Virus record (IMG/VR): IMGVR_UViG_2548876935_000017
DNA: 9,690 nucleotides
From: a virus
Taxonomy: Duplodnaviria > Heunggongvirae > Uroviricota > Caudoviricetes
Direction: 5' to 3' (one strand)
Positions 7,090-9,690 of this stretch are shown in pieces (within the stretch, counting starts at the first letter, position 1; each line of letters opens with the position of its first letter). The translations under genes were made by a program, and so were the position numbers. The notes beneath the pieces are model-generated. The model worked only from the letters and a program-made list of their open reading frames with translations. It made no database searches and was not told the origin of the DNA.

Positions 7090-8252
7090 TGCTGGATGCG
7101 CTGACATTTGATGCAGGCAGTACGCTGACGCCGGATTACATGCTGATGCTCGACAGCAGGGATATTACCGGCAATATCAGCGACCGTCTGATGAGCATGA
7201 CCCTGACGGATAATCGGGGCTTTGAGGCTGACCAGCTTGATATTGAACTGAACGACGCCGACGGGCAGGTCGGGCTACCGATTCGCGGCGCTGTCCTGAC
7301 GGTGTATATCGGCTGGAAAGGTTTTGCCCTGGTATGCAAAGGGAAATTTACCGTTGATGAGGTTGAACACCGGGGCGCGCCGGATGTGGTTACCATCCGC
7401 GCCCGGAGTGCAGATTTTCGCGGGACGCTCAATTCCCGCCGGGAAGGCTCCTGGCATGACACCACGCTCGGTGCGATTGTTGAGGCGATAGCCACCCGTA
7501 ACAGGCTGGAAGCCAGTGTCGCTCCGTCACTGGCCGGAATTAAAATCCCGCACATCGACCAGTCGCAGGAGTCTGATGCAAAATTCCTGACCCGCCTTGC
7601 TGAACGCAACGGCGGTGAGGTGTCGGTAAAAATGGGAAAACTGTTGTTTCTCAAAGCGGGGCAGGGGGTGACGTCAAGCGGTAAAAAAATCCCGCAGATT
7701 ACCATCACCCGCAGCGACGGCGACCGTCATCATTTTGCGATTGCTGACCGTGGAGCCTATACCGGCGTAACGGCAAAGTGGCTTCACACCAAAGACCCGA
7801 AGCCGCAAAAGCAGAAGGTAAAACTGAAACGCAAAAAGAAAGAAAAACACCTGCGCGCACTGGAGCACCCGAAAGCGAAACCAGTCACGCAGAAGAAAGC
7901 GCCAAAAGTACCGGAAGCGCGCGAAGGTGAATACATGGCCGGTGAGGCTGACAACGTTTTTGCCCTGACCACGGTATATGCCACGAAAGCACAGGCCATG
8001 CGTGCCGCTCAGGCGAAGTGGGATAAACTGCAACGGGGCGTTGCGGAGTTCTCCATCAGCCTGGCTACCGGTCGTGCAGATATTTACACGGAAACGCCGG
8101 TCAAAGTGTCAGGCTTTAAGCGTGTCATAGACGAGCAGGACTGGACAATCACTAAGGTGACACATTTTCTGAATAATAGCGGCTTCACGACGTCCCTGGA
8201 GCTTGAGGTCAGGCTTTCTGATGTGGAGTACGAAACAGAAGATTATGAGTGA
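7089..8252 (+). CDS. D: Tail/baseplate protein gpD (late control gene D family)
   Basis: 387-aa ORF translationally coupled to U; size and position match P2 D. Confidence 0.88.
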   Translation: MLDALTFDAGSTLTPDYMLMLDSRDITGNISDRLMSMTLTDNRGFEADQLDIELNDADGQVGLPIRGAVLTVYIGWKGFALVCKGKFTVDEVEHRGAPDVVTIRARSADFRGTLNSRREGSWHDTTLGAIVEAIATRNRLEASVAPSLAGIKIPHIDQSQESDAKFLTRLAERNGGEVSVKMGKLLFLKAGQGVTSSGKKIPQITITRSDGDRHHFAIADRGAYTGVTAKWLHTKDPKPQKQKVKLKRKKKEKHLRALEHPKAKPVTQKKAPKVPEAREGEYMAGEADNVFALTTVYATKAQAMRAAQAKWDKLQRGVAEFSISLATGRADIYTETPVKVSGFKRVIDEQDWTITKVTHFLNNSGFTTSLELEVRLSDVEYETEDYE

Positions 8253-8333
8253 TGTCTTTTGTTTATCTGTTTGTTTTATAAGGATAAATTAACTAAAATG
8301 GCACTATCAACAAAACCGGAAGAGGTGCTCGCG

Positions 8334-8552
8334 ATGTTTCATTGTCCTTTATGCCAGCATGCCGCACATGCGCGTACAAGCCGCTATATCACTGACACGA
8401 CAAAAGAGCGTTATCACCAGTGCCAGAACGTGAATTGCAGCGCCACGTTCATCACTTATGAGTCGGTACAGCGATACATCGTGAAGCCGGGAGAAGTCCA
8501 CGCCGTGAGGCCGCACCCGTTGCCGTCAGGGCAGCAAATTATGTGGATGTGA
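8334..8552 (+). CDS. ogr: Late transcription activator Ogr (zinc-finger)
   Basis: 72-aa product starting MFHCPLCQHAAH… with a Cys-X2-Cys…Cys-X4-Cys motif (CPLC, CQNVNC). The ORF track begins at an upstream ATG (8259); the internal ATG at 8334 gives the canonical 72-aa Ogr. Confidence 0.85.
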   Translation: MFHCPLCQHAAHARTSRYITDTTKERYHQCQNVNCSATFITYESVQRYIVKPGEVHAVRPHPLPSGQQIMWM

Positions 8553-8562
8553 TCACAAAAAT

Positions 8563-8589
8563 AGCCCCTCAGTTGAGGGGCTTATTTAT
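8563..8589. terminator. Intrinsic terminator hairpin after ogr (AGCCCCTC-AGTT-GAGGGGCT, then TATTTAT); A-run on the 5' side makes it potentially bidirectional
   Basis: Read directly from sequence. Confidence 0.6.
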
Positions 8590-8679
8590 GGTCGATGTGG
8601 ACGCTATGTGGACAGTGGTTGACATAAATCCATTTATATCATCAGGTTAGGTGCTTTTTTGTGACACCATCCCTGTCTT

Positions 8680-8706
8680 CCCCCACATGATGTGGGGGTT
8701 TTTTTT
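8680..8706 (+). terminator. Strong rho-independent terminator (CCCCCACAT-G-ATGTGGGGG followed by T8)
   Basis: Read directly from sequence; GC-rich 9-bp stem plus U-tract, 81 bp upstream of the fieF start. Confidence 0.7.
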
Positions 8707-8732
8707 ATCCTCAATTTGCCTGCTGCTTAATG

Positions 8733-8761
8733 CATTGCAGATGATTTGCTTCCGTTATACT
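8733..8761 (+). promoter_or_regulatory. Candidate sigma70 promoter for fieF (-10 TATACT at 8756-8761; weak -35-like TTGCAG at 8735-8740)
   Basis: Hexamer inspection only; spacing is suboptimal. Confidence 0.3.
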
Positions 8762-8787
8762 AGCGTCAGTTGATAGCGGGAGTATTT

Positions 8788-9690
8788 ATGAATCAATCTT
8801 ATGGACGGCTGGTCAGTCGGGCGGCGATTGCTGCGACGGCGATGGCTTCGCTGCTATTGCTGATTAAAATTTTTGCATGGTGGTATACCGGGTCGGTGAG
8901 TATTCTCGCCGCGCTGGTGGATTCGCTGGTGGATATCGGCGCGTCGTTGACGAATTTATTGGTGGTGCGATATTCCCTGCAACCTGCCGACGATAATCAC
9001 TCGTTTGGTCACGGTAAAGCTGAGTCCCTCGCGGCGCTGGCGCAAAGTATGTTTATCTCCGGTTCGGCACTATTCCTGTTTTTGACGGGTATTCAACATC
9101 TGATATCTCCAACACCGATGACAGATCCAGGCGTCGGGGTTATCGTGACAATTGTGGCGCTAATTTGTACGATTATCCTTGTCTCGTTTCAGCGTTGGGT
9201 GGTGCGGCGGACGCAAAGCCAGGCGGTGCGGGCTGATATGCTACATTACCAGTCTGATGTTATGATGAACGGCGCAATTCTGCTGGCGCTGGGGTTGTCC
9301 TGGTACGGCTGGCATCGCGCCGATGCTCTGTTTGCATTGGGAATCGGCATCTATATTTTATATAGCGCGTTACGCATGGGATATGAGGCGGTACAGTCAT
9401 TACTGGATCGCGCATTGCCTGATGAGGAACGGCAAGAAATTATTGATATCGTGACTTCCTGGCCGGGTGTTAGCGGCGCTCACGATCTTCGCACGCGGCA
9501 GTCAGGGCCGACCCGCTTTATTCAGATTCATTTGGAAATGGAAGACTCTCTGCCTTTGGTTCAGGCACATATGGTGGCGGATCAGGTAGAGCAGGCTATT
9601 TTACGGCGTTTTCCGGGATCGGATGTAATTATCCATCAGGACCCCTGTTCCGTCGTACCCAGGGAGGGTAAACGGTCTATGCTTTCATAA
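8788..9690 (+). CDS. fieF: Cation-diffusion-facilitator ferrous iron/zinc efflux transporter FieF (YiiP)
   Basis: 300-aa product from ATG 8788 ([25 protein letters not shown]…), recognised as E. coli FieF/YiiP; multiple hydrophobic helices and a C-terminal cytoplasmic domain. The ORF track's TTG start at 8770 is an upstream extension. Confidence 0.9.

Larger units (their letters stand above)
1..8592. mobile_element. P2-family prophage, tail/late-gene end (partial; continues off-window to the left). Right boundary approximate, near the ogr terminator
   Basis: Contiguous gene order tail fibre assembly - FI sheath - FII tube - E/E' - T tape measure - U - D - ogr on one strand matches the P2 late region; it is followed directly by the chromosomal housekeeping gene fieF. 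Confidence 0.8.

Noticed and set aside
7136-8033. Minus-strand ORFs of 190, 60, 119 and 71 aa inside D
   Set aside because: Antisense to gpD; the 119-aa ORF is simply the complement of the lysine-codon-rich stretch (Phe/Leu-rich), not a gene.
8619-8647. TTGACA hexamer at 8619-8624 as a promoter
   Set aside because: No acceptable -10 hexamer at 16-18 bp spacing downstream, so it is probably a chance match.
8770-8787. TTG-initiated N-terminal extension of fieF (MIAGVF…)
   Set aside because: FieF begins MNQSYGRL at the ATG at 8788; the extension is an ORF-caller artefact.
1-9690. CRISPR array, tRNA or rRNA genes, or IS elements
   Set aside because: No direct-repeat/spacer periodicity, no tRNA-like cloverleaf candidates and no transposase ORFs were seen; the att region near 8553-8600 shows no tRNA 3' end.

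Overview
This window is the right-hand (tail/late) end of a P2-family temperate prophage in an E. coli-like enterobacterial chromosome, ending beside the host gene fieF. All identifications rest on reading the translations and on remembered P2 gene order and protein families; no database search was run. From left to right: the distal part of an invertible tail-fibre segment (3' end of a tail-fibre-assembly gene on +, converging with an alternative tfa' and an alternative fibre C-terminal domain on -), a Hin/Gin/Pin/Cin-family serine DNA invertase, the P2-type tail operon FI-FII-E/E'-T-U-D, the late activator ogr, a terminator/attachment region, then fieF. There is no integrase or immunity gene between ogr and fieF, which fits the attR end of a P2-type prophage. 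I found no CRISPR array, tRNA, rRNA or IS element, and no unexplained gene-sized gap that could hold an undescribed system. The most interesting content is the invertase-driven tail-fibre (host-range) switch sitting between G and FI, the E/E' frameshift site, and the prophage-host junction next to fieF.
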